DNA of 64,000 nucleotides from an uncultured delta proteobacterium (lineage in GTDB: Bacteria; Desulfobacterota; Syntrophia; Syntrophales; UBA2192), in the NCBI GenBank assembly GCA_963705165.1, contig CAVPJD010000024.1:128001-192000 (forward strand), written 5' to 3'. How positions within the stretch are numbered: the stretch's first letter is position 1; each line of letters begins with the position of its first letter. A model generated the notes under the pieces. It saw only the letters and a program-made list of their open reading frames with translations, had not been told where the DNA came from and did no database searches. Positions 41,154 through 51,301 of this stretch are shown piece by piece. The position numbers and the translations under genes are program-made.

Positions 41154-42770
41154 ATGAAACACAGACCCATCCTCATTTCATCCCTGGTCGCGCTCCTTCT
41201 GCTCTTCTCCCTGGCCGGGTACTCGGCGATGCCCACAACCGTCGAGCAGGTGCCCCGGCTGACGAAGGAAGCCGTCAAGGAGATGCTCGGGAAGCCCGAC
41301 GTCGTCATCGTCGACGTCCGCTACATCAAGCAGTTCGAACAGAGCGACAAGAAGCTCCCCGGGGCCGTTTTCGTCCAGCCCGAAAACTTCGACGAGTTCG
41401 TCAAGAATCATCCGCAGAAGGACAAGACCTACGTCCTCTACTGAGCCTGACCGCAGGAGTACACGGCCGCCCGGGGGGCGGTTGAACTTTACAAGCGCGG
41501 TTACACGAAGGTCTACGCCCTGACGGGCGGGTGGAACGATTGGGCCAAGGCGAACTACCCCACGGAGAAGAAGGAGATCGCGTCGGCGAAGAACTGCGTC
41601 CTCTGCCACACGGCGATCACTCCCGGCATCGTGTCGGACTGGAAGCTGAGCCGGCACAGCCAGAAGGGAGTCGACTGCGCCGTCTGCCACGGCGACAAGC
41701 ACTTCTCACCGGAAACGGCGGACAAGGCCGAGGTCCCGACGCCCGAGCGCTGCGCCTACTGCCACGGCACCCAGGTTAAGCAGTTCATGGGCGGAAAGCA
41801 CGCCAAGGCCTGGGACGTCATGAAGGCCATGCCCACCTTCCACATGCAACCCATGGCCCTGATGGACGGCATGAAGGGCTGCGGCGGCTGCCACAAGATC
41901 GGCATCAAGAAGGAAGACGAGATCAAGGAGCTCCGAAAGCAGGGGGGCCAGTTCGGCGTTGCCTCCTGTGATTCCTGCCACACCCGCCACCTCTTCTCCA
42001 AGAAGGAGGCCCAACAGCCTCAAGCCTGCCAGACCTGCCACATGGGCATCGACCACCCCCAGTGGGAGATGTACTCCTCGTCCAAGCACGGGGTGCGCTA
42101 TCTGCTGAAGCAAAACGGCGTCCTGCCCGAGAGCGCGGCGGCGCCCACCTGCCAGAGCTGCCACATGTCCGGCGGCAACCACGGCGTGCGCACGGCATGG
42201 GGGTTTGTGGCCGTGAGGCTCCCGCTGCCCGAGGACAAGAAGTGGGCGGCTGACCGGACGACGATCCTCAAGGGTCTGGGGGCCCTCGATTCATCGGGCA
42301 AGGAAACGGCCCGCCTCGGCGTGCTCAAGGACCTCGACGTATTCCGGACGACCCAGGAGGACTGGCAAAAGGAGCGCGACCGGATGTTCAACAATTGCCG
42401 CCAGTGCCACTCGCCGAACTTCGCCAAGGGGGAACTCGAGAAGAGTGACAAGATGATCCGCGAGGCGGACCGCCTGCTGGCTGAGGCCATCGAGATCGTT
42501 GCGGGGCTCTACAGGGACAAGATCATCCCCAAGTCGAAGTATTACGCCTATCCCTACCCCGATCTCCTGGCGTTCCACGACGCCCCGACGTCCATCGAGC
42601 AGAAGCTCTACCTCATGTTCCTGGAGCACCGGATGCGGACCTTCCAGGGCTCCTTCCACGCCAACCCCGACTACGCCCTCTGGTACGGATGGAGCAAGAT
42701 GGTGTCGGATATCACGGAGATCCGCAAGATGGCGGCGGACCTGAGGAAGGAAAAGAAGGCAAAACGATAG
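41154..42770 (+). CDS. Predicted double-selenocysteine (UxU) rhodanese fused to an octaheme HAO-like cytochrome c (538 aa)
   Basis: ORFs 41154-41444 and 41631-42770 share one frame. The only stops between them are TGA 41442-44 and TGA 41448-50, at the rhodanese active site (YVLY-U-A-U-PQEYTAAR...VYALTGGWNDW). Eight CxxCH motifs, a signal peptide and a SECIS-like hairpin. Confidence 0.85.
41465..41483 (+). promoter_or_regulatory. Putative bacterial SECIS hairpin
   Basis: GGCCGCC-CGGGG-GGCGGTT stem-loop with a G-rich apical loop just downstream of the two TGA codons. Confidence 0.6.
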
Positions 42771-42791
42771 AAGAACCAAGGAGAAACGCGT

Positions 42792-43112
42792 ATGCGACAG
42801 CTGAAGACCAACCGGCGCGGTCCATGGTTGGCCCTGGTCTGTGCCCTGCTTATCACCGGCCTGCTCATGACGGGCGGGTGCTACAGCGCCTATCTTTGCG
42901 ACAACGGAAAGACCATCAAGACGAGAGACCAGGTGAGCGGACAAAAAGTCGTCATCGACGTGGGCGACGGGGACATCATCCTGCCACGGGTCCCTGCCGC
43001 CGAGGGATCGAAGTTCAGCGACGGGAGGAGAACTTTCTGGTTCAAGGGGGATGAACTTGTGGTTGAGGCGGCCGGCAAAACCCCCTACGGCCGTTGCGTT
43101 CTGCAAAAGTGA
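42792..43112 (+). CDS. MliC-like lipoprotein (lysozyme inhibitor fold)
   Basis: Lipobox-like TGGC, YLCDNG, AAEGSKFSDG..FWFKGDE, terminal Cys. Confidence 0.7.
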   Translation: MRQLKTNRRGPWLALVCALLITGLLMTGGCYSAYLCDNGKTIKTRDQVSGQKVVIDVGDGDIILPRVPAAEGSKFSDGRRTFWFKGDELVVEAAGKTPYGRCVLQK

Positions 43113-43144
43113 TCGGCTACAATCCGTATTTCCATCATACCCTG

Positions 43145-43178
43145 CAAAAAGGCGTTCTTCATGAAGGGCGCCTTTTTT
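43145..43178 (+). terminator. Rho-independent terminator
   Basis: AAAAAGGCGTTCTTCATGAAGGGCGCCTTTTT. Confidence 0.75.
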
Positions 43179-43259
43179 GTTTGCCAAATGCCCTCCTCCC
43201 CCTTTACAAACCCATTCCCCAGCTTCATATTAATGAACAAACCAAAAGGAGGAAAGGCC

Positions 43260-44363
43260 GTGAAAACCTTTTTCCTCACCCTGATCGTTTCCATCCTGGC
43301 ACTCGGGTGCCAGAGCACGGAAACCAAAGCCACCGAGGGGAAGAATCCAATGACAAAAGAAGCTCAGAACCAGAGGGTCGCCACCTTTGCCGGCGGATGC
43401 TTCTGGTGCACGGAATCGGATTTCGAGAAGGTGCCCGGCATCCTGAAGGTCGTCTCGGGATACACGGGCGGTAAAAAGGAAAGCCCGACCTACGAGGAAG
43501 TCTCCTCCGGCCGCACGGGCCACCTGGAGGCCGTCCAGGTTTATTACGACCCGGCAAAGGTCACCTACGAGCAGCTCCTGGAGGTCTTCTGGCGGCACAT
43601 CGACCCCACCGACGGCGGCGGGCAGTTCGTCGACCGGGGCCCCCAGTACCGCAGCGCCGTTTTCTACCATGATGAGGAGCAGAAGAGGATCGCTGAACAA
43701 TCGCGCGACGCCCTGGCCAGATCGGCGAAGTTCGCCAGGCCCGTCGCAACAGAGATCCTCCCCCTCACAAAGTTTTACGAGGCCGAGGAGTACCACCAGG
43801 ATTACTACAAGAAGAGCCCCTTGCGATACCAGTTCTACCGGTCCAATTCGGGCCGCGACACTTTCCTGAAAAAGACCTGGGGCGATGAGAAGCCGAAATC
43901 CGCGGCGCCGGCGGGAAAGGCCTACGCGAAGCCCGACGACGCCGCCCTGAAACAGAAACTCACCCCGCTGCAGTACCAGGTCACGCAGAAAGAAGGCACG
44001 GAGCCGCCCTTCAGAAACGAGTACAACGACAACAAGCGCGATGGGATCTACGTGGACATCGCCTCGGGCGAGCCCCTGTTCAGCTCGCAGGACAAGTATG
44101 ACTCCGGGACGGGCTGGCCGAGTTTCACGAAACCGCTCGAGCCGGGCAATGTCGTCGAGCGGGCGGACAGGAGCCTTTTCACGGTCCGCACGGAGGTTCG
44201 CAGCCGTCACGGCGACTCCCATCTCGGCCACGTCTTCCCCGACGGGCCCGCTCCTACGGGACAGCGCTTCTGCATGAACTCGGCGGCCCTGCGATTCATC
44301 CCCAAAGAAGACCTGGAAAAGGAAGGCTACGGCGAGTACCTGAAACTGTTTGAGAAGAAGTGA
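43260..44363 (+). CDS. msrAB: Peptide methionine sulfoxide reductase MsrA/MsrB fusion (lipoprotein leader)
   Basis: [33 protein letters not shown]. Confidence 0.93.
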   Translation: MKTFFLTLIVSILALGCQSTETKATEGKNPMTKEAQNQRVATFAGGCFWCTESDFEKVPGILKVVSGYTGGKKESPTYEEVSSGRTGHLEAVQVYYDPAKVTYEQLLEVFWRHIDPTDGGGQFVDRGPQYRSAVFYHDEEQKRIAEQSRDALARSAKFARPVATEILPLTKFYEAEEYHQDYYKKSPLRYQFYRSNSGRDTFLKKTWGDEKPKSAAPAGKAYAKPDDAALKQKLTPLQYQVTQKEGTEPPFRNEYNDNKRDGIYVDIASGEPLFSSQDKYDSGTGWPSFTKPLEPGNVVERADRSLFTVRTEVRSRHGDSHLGHVFPDGPAPTGQRFCMNSAALRFIPKEDLEKEGYGEYLKLFEKK

Positions 44364-44450
44364 TGAGGTGAAAAGAAAAAATACAGGTTGAACGGCAGGG
44401 ACAAATCGGTTATCCATCGGACGTTACAAATCCGTTACGAGGAGGGGGAG

Positions 44451-45215
44451 ATGAACGTCATCAGGATCATGCCTTGCCTGGACATGAAAAACGGCCGTGT
44501 CGTGAAGGGGGTGCACTTCGTGGACATCCGCGACGCAGGCGACCCCGTGGAGAATGCCGCCTTCTATCAGAAGGAGGGGGCCGACGAACTGGCCATGCTG
44601 GACATCGCGGCAACGGTGGAAAACCGCAAGACCCGGCTGGAATGGGTGAGGCAGGTCTCGGCCGTCATCACAATCCCGCTCACCATGGGGGGCGGGATCA
44701 ACAGCCTGGAGGACATCGCGCTCGTTCTCGGGGCCGGGGCGAGCAAGGTTTCCATGAACAGCGCCGCTGTGAAGAATCCGGAGCTCGTCCGGGAGGCAGC
44801 AAAAAAATACGGTTCCGACAAAATCACCGTCGCCATCGACGCCCGGCGCAACAAGGCGATGCCCTCGGGCTTCGAGCTTGTCGTCGCGGGCGGCACGACC
44901 CCCGTGGGGAAAGACGCCATCGCCTGGGCAAAGCAGTGCCAAGCCCTCGGGGCGGGAATCATCCTGCCGACGAGCATGGACGGCGACGGGACCCTGGCCG
45001 GTTATGATCTCGAGTTCACAAAGGCCATCTCCGACGTGGTCACCGTGCCCGTCGTGGCCTCCGGCGGGGCGGGAAAGCTGGAGCACTTCTACGAGGCCGT
45101 CGTGAAGGGCGGCGCAAGCGTTGTCCTTGCCGCCTCGGTCTTTCACTATCGGACCTTCAGCATCCGCCAGGTGAAGGAGTATCTCCGGGACAAGGGGCTC
45201 AAGGTCACCCTCTGA
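44451..45215 (+). CDS. hisF: Imidazole glycerol phosphate synthase cyclase subunit
   Basis: RIMPCLD..GRVVKGV, TSMDGDGT, ASGGAG. Confidence 0.92.
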   Translation: MNVIRIMPCLDMKNGRVVKGVHFVDIRDAGDPVENAAFYQKEGADELAMLDIAATVENRKTRLEWVRQVSAVITIPLTMGGGINSLEDIALVLGAGASKVSMNSAAVKNPELVREAAKKYGSDKITVAIDARRNKAMPSGFELVVAGGTTPVGKDAIAWAKQCQALGAGIILPTSMDGDGTLAGYDLEFTKAISDVVTVPVVASGGAGKLEHFYEAVVKGGASVVLAASVFHYRTFSIRQVKEYLRDKGLKVTL

Positions 45216-45335
45216 GCGCAGGATCGAGACGCGGGAATGCAGAGCGAAGGGGCAATGGAATGCTGGGTTTTGAATTAATTTCCGGTACCCATTATTCCAT
45301 TCTTCCAATACTCCAGTATTCCCTTGGATAGTACG

Positions 45336-46133
45336 ATGCTGGAAAATGAAGCCGCAATTCGCCTGGGATTCTTTCTGGGCACGTTGACCGTTCTCGCATT
45401 TCTGGAGCGGATGGCGACGAGGCGCGTGTTGAGCGTTCCCAAGCCGGCCCGCTGGTTTGCCAACCTGGGGATCGTCACGGTGAACACGCTCATCGTGCGC
45501 TTCCTCTTTCCCGTTCTCCCGGCGGGCTTCGCACTGCTGTGCCGCCAGGAAGGGTGGGGCCTTCTGAACTATTTCCAGGTGCCTTACGGGATTGCCGTCC
45601 TTGCCGGGGTGGTCCTCTTCGACTTTTTCATTTATATCCAGCACGTCCTTTTTCATCACGTGCCCACCCTGTGGCGCCTGCACATGATCCACCACACGGA
45701 CCTCGATTTCGATCTCACAACGGGGATCCGCTTTCACCCCGTTGAAATCCTCCTGTCCATGGGGATCAAGCTCGGGCTTGTGTACCTCTTCGGCCCGCCG
45801 GCCCTGGCGGTCATCCTCTTCGAGATCCTCCTGAACAGCACGGCCATGTTCAGCCACAGCAACCTCAGGCTCCCTCTGGCCCTTGACCGGATCGTCCGGT
45901 TTCTCCTCGTGACACCGGACATGCACCGCGTCCACCACTCCGTTATCATCGGGGAGCGCAACAGCAACTTCGGCTTCAATCTCTCCATCTGGGACCGCCT
46001 CCTCGGGACCTACCGCACCCAGCCCGAAAAGGGGCACGACGGGATGACGATCGGCCTGGCCAACTTCCGCGACCCGTCCCGCCTCAGTCTGCTGAGGCTT
46101 ATGATCCTGCCATTCACCCGCCAGCACCCCTGA
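45336..46133 (+). CDS. Sterol desaturase/fatty acid hydroxylase family protein
   Basis: His boxes QHVLFH, LHMIHH, MHRVHH. Confidence 0.9.
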   Translation: MLENEAAIRLGFFLGTLTVLAFLERMATRRVLSVPKPARWFANLGIVTVNTLIVRFLFPVLPAGFALLCRQEGWGLLNYFQVPYGIAVLAGVVLFDFFIYIQHVLFHHVPTLWRLHMIHHTDLDFDLTTGIRFHPVEILLSMGIKLGLVYLFGPPALAVILFEILLNSTAMFSHSNLRLPLALDRIVRFLLVTPDMHRVHHSVIIGERNSNFGFNLSIWDRLLGTYRTQPEKGHDGMTIGLANFRDPSRLSLLRLMILPFTRQHP

Positions 46134-46134
46134 C

Positions 46135-46231
46135 GCTGGAGCAATGGAGTAATGGAATACTGGAATAATGGGTAAGAAGAATCTTCCTCCATCACCCCCA
46201 TCATTCCACTGCTCCAATATTCCAACATTCC
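46135..46231. repeat. Inverted pair of degenerate octamer arrays (TGGAATAA type)
   Basis: TGGAGCAATGGAGTAATGGAATACTGGAATAATGG / TTCCACTGCTCCAATATTCCAACATTCCA; the same family occurs at 45233-45323. Confidence 0.7.
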
Positions 46232-46370
46232 AATCCGTCCGCGCTCGCAGCTTCTTTCCGAAAAAACCTCTGGACGAATGGTGGCCAAAAGCGGTATGGA
46301 TGACCGCTTTTGGAGGCGCGCTTCGATGGAACCGGCGAGAATAGAAGGCGGAGGTAACGACCGGCTGGCC

Positions 46371-48464
46371 ATGGTCATCCTGACTACCATGGTTTTCGTG
46401 GGAGCCCTCCTGCTTTTAGGGCTCGAGCCCCTGGCGGGACGCTTGCTGACGCCCTACTTCGGCGGGGCGGCCCATGTGTGGCTCACCTGCCTGATGTTCT
46501 TTCAGGCCGTTCTGTTCATCGGGTATCTTTACGCGCACCTCTTCGCAAGAAAACTGGGCGTGTGGCACCTGGCCATCCTTGCCCTGCCTCTCGTGAATTT
46601 GCCGCTCCAGGTCCATGCCCAGCCCGACCCGAACGCCCCTCTCGGGCACCTGCTCTATGTCCTTTCCCTTTACGTGGCATTGCCTTTCGCCGTGCTGTCG
46701 ACAACGGCCGTCGTGGCGCAGACGTGGCTGACCCATTCCCGGGTGGGGCGACACCAGGAGCCCTACCCCCTTTATGCCGCCTCCAACGCAGGCTCCCTCA
46801 TCGCATTGCTCGGCTACACCTTTGTGGCGGAGCCGCTCATGGGGGTGAAGCTGCAGGGCGTGGCCTGGAGCCTGACCTACGTTCTCTACGCCGCCCTCGT
46901 CGTCGCCTCGTGGGTTCTGCTGCGCCCAAACCTGGGAGCGATGGCAGCCGGCGGGCAGGGGGAGACGAAGGCCGAGCCGGCGGCGATCGGCAAGAAGGTT
47001 TACGGCCAGTGGCTTCTGCTTTCCTGCCTGCCCTCAGCATTCCTTCTCGCCGTGACGAACTACATCGCCCTCGAGGTGGGGTCCTTCCCGCTCGTCTGGA
47101 TCGTGCCACTTGCCCTGTACCTGGGCAGCTTCATCGTCACCTTCCGGACAGGCGGCGGCGTTCCCCGTTTTCTGCAAAATCTATGGCCCGAGATCCTGCT
47201 GGCGGGGCTTCTCATGTTCCTCCTGGGACCGGTGCACTGGCTCGCCATCCTGGGGCACCTTGTGGTCTTTTTCCTCGTCTGCCTCGTGTCCCACGGAACG
47301 CTCTACGAGCTTCGCCCGCCGGCATCGCACCTGACGAACTTCTATCTCACGTCGGCCCTGGGCGGCTGGATCGGGGGGGCCCTCATCAGCCTGGGAGCGC
47401 CCTTCGTTTTTCCGGCCCTGTACGAATACCCGAGCATTGTGGCGCTTTTCGCCCCCGCTTTCTGGTGGTGCCGGGAGAAGCCCTTCACGCATCTTCGCAC
47501 CCATTTCTCCTATGCAGCCATCGTGGGGCGTGCCGTGATCGTGGCCTTCCTCGTCTTTCTCATCGTGAAGGAAGGCTGGGAGGCCATGAAGGAGCCCGTG
47601 CGCTTCCGCCACCGGAATTTCTACGGCACCTACACGATCTGGGATGTCGCAAGCTACCCGACGGACGTACGGCAGCTCCTTCACGGGCGGACCATCCACG
47701 GCGCCCAGATCCTCAAACCCGAAGAGCGCCGAATCCCCATTATGTATTACTTCATCGGTGGCGGGATCGCCGATGTCTACGAGACAACGCCTCCCGTTCG
47801 AAGGATGGCCGTGCTCGGTCTCGGGGCCGGTGCCGCGGCGGCCTACGTCAAGCCGGGCGAGTCCATGACCTACTACGAGATCGACCCGGACAACGAGGGA
47901 ATCGCACGGCACTGGTTCAGCTATCTCAACGAATCCGAGGGGGACGTGCGGGTGGTCGTGGGAGACGGGAGGCTGGCCTTGCAGCGGATCGGCCGCGATG
48001 AGCCGCCTTTTGACATCATCCACATGGACGCCTTCACAGGCGACGGGATTCCCACCCACCTGCTGACGCGGGAGGCCGTGGAGATCTACCTCGAGCGTCT
48101 CGACCGAAACGGGGTCATCCTCTTCCACGTGTCGAACCGCTATTATGAGCTGCGGCCCACCCTCAAGGCGATCGCTGCGCAGCTGGGGCTTGCGGGCGCC
48201 ATCAACGTGCCCACGCCCAAAACCCAGCTGCAGGCCAACCAGAGCGCAACCTGGTGCGTGGCCCTTGCAAGGGAGCCGGAGAGGCTGAAGGGCCTTTTCG
48301 GCCGCGGTTGGATTCCCCTCGGCCCCGGTGACGGCCTGCCCGAAGTGACCGCCTGGACGGACGACTATATCAATATCCTCTCTCCGCTCTGGGAGGGCGC
48401 GAAGGAGCGCTGGGCAAGCTTCAGCTTTTCGGCCTGGGTGAAGTCTATCTGGCCGTGGAAGTGA
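46371..48464 (+). CDS. Membrane protein fused to a spermidine synthase-like SAM-binding domain
   Basis: Many transmembrane segments (YAASNAGS), then VLGLGAG, YEIDP, GDGR, DAFTGD, WTDD. Confidence 0.85.
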   Translation: MVILTTMVFVGALLLLGLEPLAGRLLTPYFGGAAHVWLTCLMFFQAVLFIGYLYAHLFARKLGVWHLAILALPLVNLPLQVHAQPDPNAPLGHLLYVLSLYVALPFAVLSTTAVVAQTWLTHSRVGRHQEPYPLYAASNAGSLIALLGYTFVAEPLMGVKLQGVAWSLTYVLYAALVVASWVLLRPNLGAMAAGGQGETKAEPAAIGKKVYGQWLLLSCLPSAFLLAVTNYIALEVGSFPLVWIVPLALYLGSFIVTFRTGGGVPRFLQNLWPEILLAGLLMFLLGPVHWLAILGHLVVFFLVCLVSHGTLYELRPPASHLTNFYLTSALGGWIGGALISLGAPFVFPALYEYPSIVALFAPAFWWCREKPFTHLRTHFSYAAIVGRAVIVAFLVFLIVKEGWEAMKEPVRFRHRNFYGTYTIWDVASYPTDVRQLLHGRTIHGAQILKPEERRIPIMYYFIGGGIADVYETTPPVRRMAVLGLGAGAAAAYVKPGESMTYYEIDPDNEGIARHWFSYLNESEGDVRVVVGDGRLALQRIGRDEPPFDIIHMDAFTGDGIPTHLLTREAVEIYLERLDRNGVILFHVSNRYYELRPTLKAIAAQLGLAGAINVPTPKTQLQANQSATWCVALAREPERLKGLFGRGWIPLGPGDGLPEVTAWTDDYINILSPLWEGAKERWASFSFSAWVKSIWPWK

Positions 48465-48470
48465 CCGGAA

Positions 48471-48657
48471 TCAGTGTCTGAGTGTTTGAGTGTCTGAGTG
48501 AAGAAGTGAAGATCAAAAAAATACAAGCCGCAGCAAAAGACTCAAAAAAACCCCCGTCATTCCGATACCGGAAGCGGGGGTTTTTCTTTTGTCTTGTCAC
48601 CGAATGTCGGCCTTTTTTCTTCACTCAGACACTTAGACGCTCAAGCACTCAGGCACC
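48471..48657. repeat. Inverted octamer arrays enclosing a bidirectional terminator
   Basis: TGTCTGAGTGTTTGAGTGTCTGAGTGAAGAA / TTCTTCACTCAGACACTTAGACGCTCAAGCAC; terminator AAAAAAACCCCCG...CGGGGGTTTTT at about 48544-48590. Confidence 0.7.
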
Positions 48658-48686
48658 TCTTCCTTAGGCCCTTTGGGTCTGCCGGA

Positions 48687-49295
48687 TCAAACCGCTGGGA
48701 GCCGGGAGCGGTTACGCTCGTACTCCTCCATGACTTTCCTTGTGTACCCCGTCTTGGGCTCGCTGCTTCTCTGCATGTTCTGACGGGCCCGGGTATAGCC
48801 TACATTGTAGGCATAGAGGATGGCGTAATCGTTATCGTAATGCCGGCTCAGCCATGAGAGGTAGTAGACTCCGAAGCGTACGTTGGCGTGGGGACAGAGA
48901 AGGACATCCCGCTCGTAGGGGATCCCCACCTCCTCGGAGAACTCACGGGCCACCACGCGCTTGACCTGCATGATCCCGATGGCCCCGGCATCGGAGACGA
49001 TGTCGTGGCGGAAGTTGCTCTCGGCATCCATGACGGCCAGAACGAGGCGGTAATCGACGGCATAACGCCGGGAGGCGTCATACATGGTCCTCGCCACTTC
49101 CCGGAGCTCTTCGTCCGGGATGAGGGCGTTCTTTTCCGCCAGGTGAGCCGCGATCAGCTCCACGGCGCGTGCTTCTTCCCAGTTCAATTCAAAACCGAGA
49201 CCGCTGTAAGTGGTCTCGTGGGAAAAATTCAGGCTCGTCAGCGAAACCACGCCGATGATCATTCCGAGCAGAGCCAGTAGTCTCAAGGCTTTCAT
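48687..49295 (-). CDS. Lytic transglycosylase (SLT domain)
   Basis: AESNF, GAIGIMQV, AYNVG motifs; N-terminal signal/transmembrane segment. Confidence 0.9.
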   Translation of the reverse strand: MKALRLLALLGMIIGVVSLTSLNFSHETTYSGLGFELNWEEARAVELIAAHLAEKNALIPDEELREVARTMYDASRRYAVDYRLVLAVMDAESNFRHDIVSDAGAIGIMQVKRVVAREFSEEVGIPYERDVLLCPHANVRFGVYYLSWLSRHYDNDYAILYAYNVGYTRARQNMQRSSEPKTGYTRKVMEEYERNRSRLPAV

Positions 49296-49728
49296 GTCTT
49301 TCACCCTTCTTTCCCCTGTCCGATCCCCCTCCGGCTGGTCTTGTCGCGGGGCAGTGTCTCAGGAGTTTTCGTTGGGGAGGTTCAGCGGGATGAGGAGACC
49401 GGAAGGTCAGATTGGTTGAAGAAGACTGTTACTTCATGCACCCGCTGCAACATTATTTACGCATATGTTACAAATCAATGAAGGTGATTGCAAGGGAAAA
49501 GTGATGATTTTCTTTAATTTCTAAATTATATCAAGCAGATAGATAAAAAGTAGGGCTTTTTCAGCCCTTCGGTGCAGAAAATTCTTGATTTTCAGTATTA
49601 GGGCGGTTGCCGGGGGGAACAAAGCCTCCTTGCCATCCCCCGGCGTTTCGGTTAACGTTGACCCTCCAGGACGGGGAGGCCCCTGCTGTCTCCGAAATCT
49701 GGCGCACAAGTCCATGAGGGAGAACGTC

Positions 49729-51162
49729 ATGAAGAATCCTTTTTTCAGAAGAACACAGATTCGATGGTTCCCGGTTCTTTTGGGGGTCATCGCGCTTACG
49801 TGGGTCATGCCGGGAAACGCCGACGCCCAGAAGGGCGCCTCGCCGGACCTCAGTACGGCCATCGTCCGGGTGGCCAAGGAAAGCATTCCCGCCGTGGTCC
49901 ACATCGAGGTGACCCACAGCCAGGAAGTCAGGCGGCCGACGACGCCCTTTGAGGGGGACCCTTTCTTCCGCTTCTTCCAGGACCCGCAGCGCACGCCACG
50001 CAAGTTCAAGCAGGAAACGCGGGGGCTCGGCACGGGGATGATCACCGACACCCAGGGGCACATCCTGACCAACAACCATGTCGTGGGCGGCGCCTCGAAG
50101 GTCCAGGTTCTGCTCGCTGACGGGTCCCGGTTTGAGGCGCGCGTCGTGGGAACGGACCCCAAGACGGACCTTGCCATCATCAAGATCGACGCAAAGAAGG
50201 CCCTTCCCCACGTGAAGTTCGGCAATTCCGATGCCATCGAGGTGGGCGAGTGGGTTGTCGCCATCGGTCACCCCCGCGGCCTCGACCAGACCGTGACGAC
50301 GGGAATCATCAGCGCCAAACACCGCCGGGGGATCACCGACCCGTCGGGCTACCAGGACTTTCTCCAGACCGACGCGGCCATCAACCCCGGAAACAGCGGC
50401 GGGCCCCTGCTGAACCTGCGGGGAGAGGTCGTCGGGGTGAATGCCGCCATCGCCTCCGCATCTGGCGGCTTCGAGGGTATCGGTTTTGCGATCCCCAGCA
50501 ACATGGCCCTCTATATCTCCCGCGAACTCATCGCCAGGGGAAGGGTGGAGCGGGGCTGGCTCGGAGTGTCCGTGCAGGACTTGAGCTATGATCTCTCCAA
50601 GACCCTGGGCATCGAGGGGACCCGGGGCGCGCTTGTCTCCGAGGTCCTCAAGGCAAGCCCGGCGCAGAAGGCAGGGCTCAAGCAGGGCGATGTCGTTATC
50701 GCCTACAACGGCAAGGAAATCCGCGATGCCTCGCAGTTGCGCAACGAGGCGGCTTCGTCGCCCATCGGCAAAGAGGTGAATCTGACGATCCTCCGCGAAG
50801 GAAAGAAGCGCGAGGTTCCCGTACGGATCGAATCCATGGAGAGCCGCGGCCAGGCCACCGCCGTCCCGATCCGGGAGCGCCTGGGCGTCACGGTGCGACC
50901 GGCAGCGGCAAAGGAGGCAACTCGCCTGAAGCTCAGGCCCGGCCAGGGGGTCGTCATCACGCGCGTCGAGCCCGGAAGCCCTGGAGCCAAGGCCGGCCTG
51001 GAGCCCGGCGATGTGATTCTGGAGGTGAACGAGATCGCCCTGTCGAGTACACAGGACCTTTCCGGGGCCCTGGCCCCGGTGAAGCCGGGCCAGCAGATCC
51101 TGGCTGGCGTCGTTGACGGACGCACCGGAGAGAGAGGCTCTCTTCAGATCAAGGTCCGTTGA
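49729..51162 (+). CDS. DegP/HtrA serine protease with two PDZ domains
   Basis: TNNHVV, TDLA, NPGNSGGPL; signal peptide. Confidence 0.95.
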   Translation: MKNPFFRRTQIRWFPVLLGVIALTWVMPGNADAQKGASPDLSTAIVRVAKESIPAVVHIEVTHSQEVRRPTTPFEGDPFFRFFQDPQRTPRKFKQETRGLGTGMITDTQGHILTNNHVVGGASKVQVLLADGSRFEARVVGTDPKTDLAIIKIDAKKALPHVKFGNSDAIEVGEWVVAIGHPRGLDQTVTTGIISAKHRRGITDPSGYQDFLQTDAAINPGNSGGPLLNLRGEVVGVNAAIASASGGFEGIGFAIPSNMALYISRELIARGRVERGWLGVSVQDLSYDLSKTLGIEGTRGALVSEVLKASPAQKAGLKQGDVVIAYNGKEIRDASQLRNEAASSPIGKEVNLTILREGKKREVPVRIESMESRGQATAVPIRERLGVTVRPAAAKEATRLKLRPGQGVVITRVEPGSPGAKAGLEPGDVILEVNEIALSSTQDLSGALAPVKPGQQILAGVVDGRTGERGSLQIKVR

Positions 51163-51301
51163 GCCGTTTTCCCTTCCTTGCCCGCCCGGATAGGCGCCGA
51201 AGCGATCAAGAATTCGTGAATGTCGGGGCTTTTTTTGCTATACTCTCACCCCGGGCTGCCGCACAGAGCGGCCGACCGATAACGGCAGGGGGAGCGGCTT
51301 G

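Noticed and set aside
41154..41444. Stand-alone 96-aa protein plus a separate heptaheme cytochrome starting at GTG 41631
   Set aside because: The first ORF stops exactly at the rhodanese catalytic position, the spacer encodes the rest of the domain plus a CxxCH in frame, and the second ORF lacks a signal peptide
44451..45215. Orphan hisF as evidence of a novel pathway
   Set aside because: The sequence is canonical and scattered his genes are common; no supporting neighbours
49310..49400. c-di-AMP (ydaO) riboswitch upstream of the SLT gene
   Set aside because: Only GCTGAA and GGGGGA fragments resemble it; the 3' conserved CCGTCAGCTAAC-type region is missing
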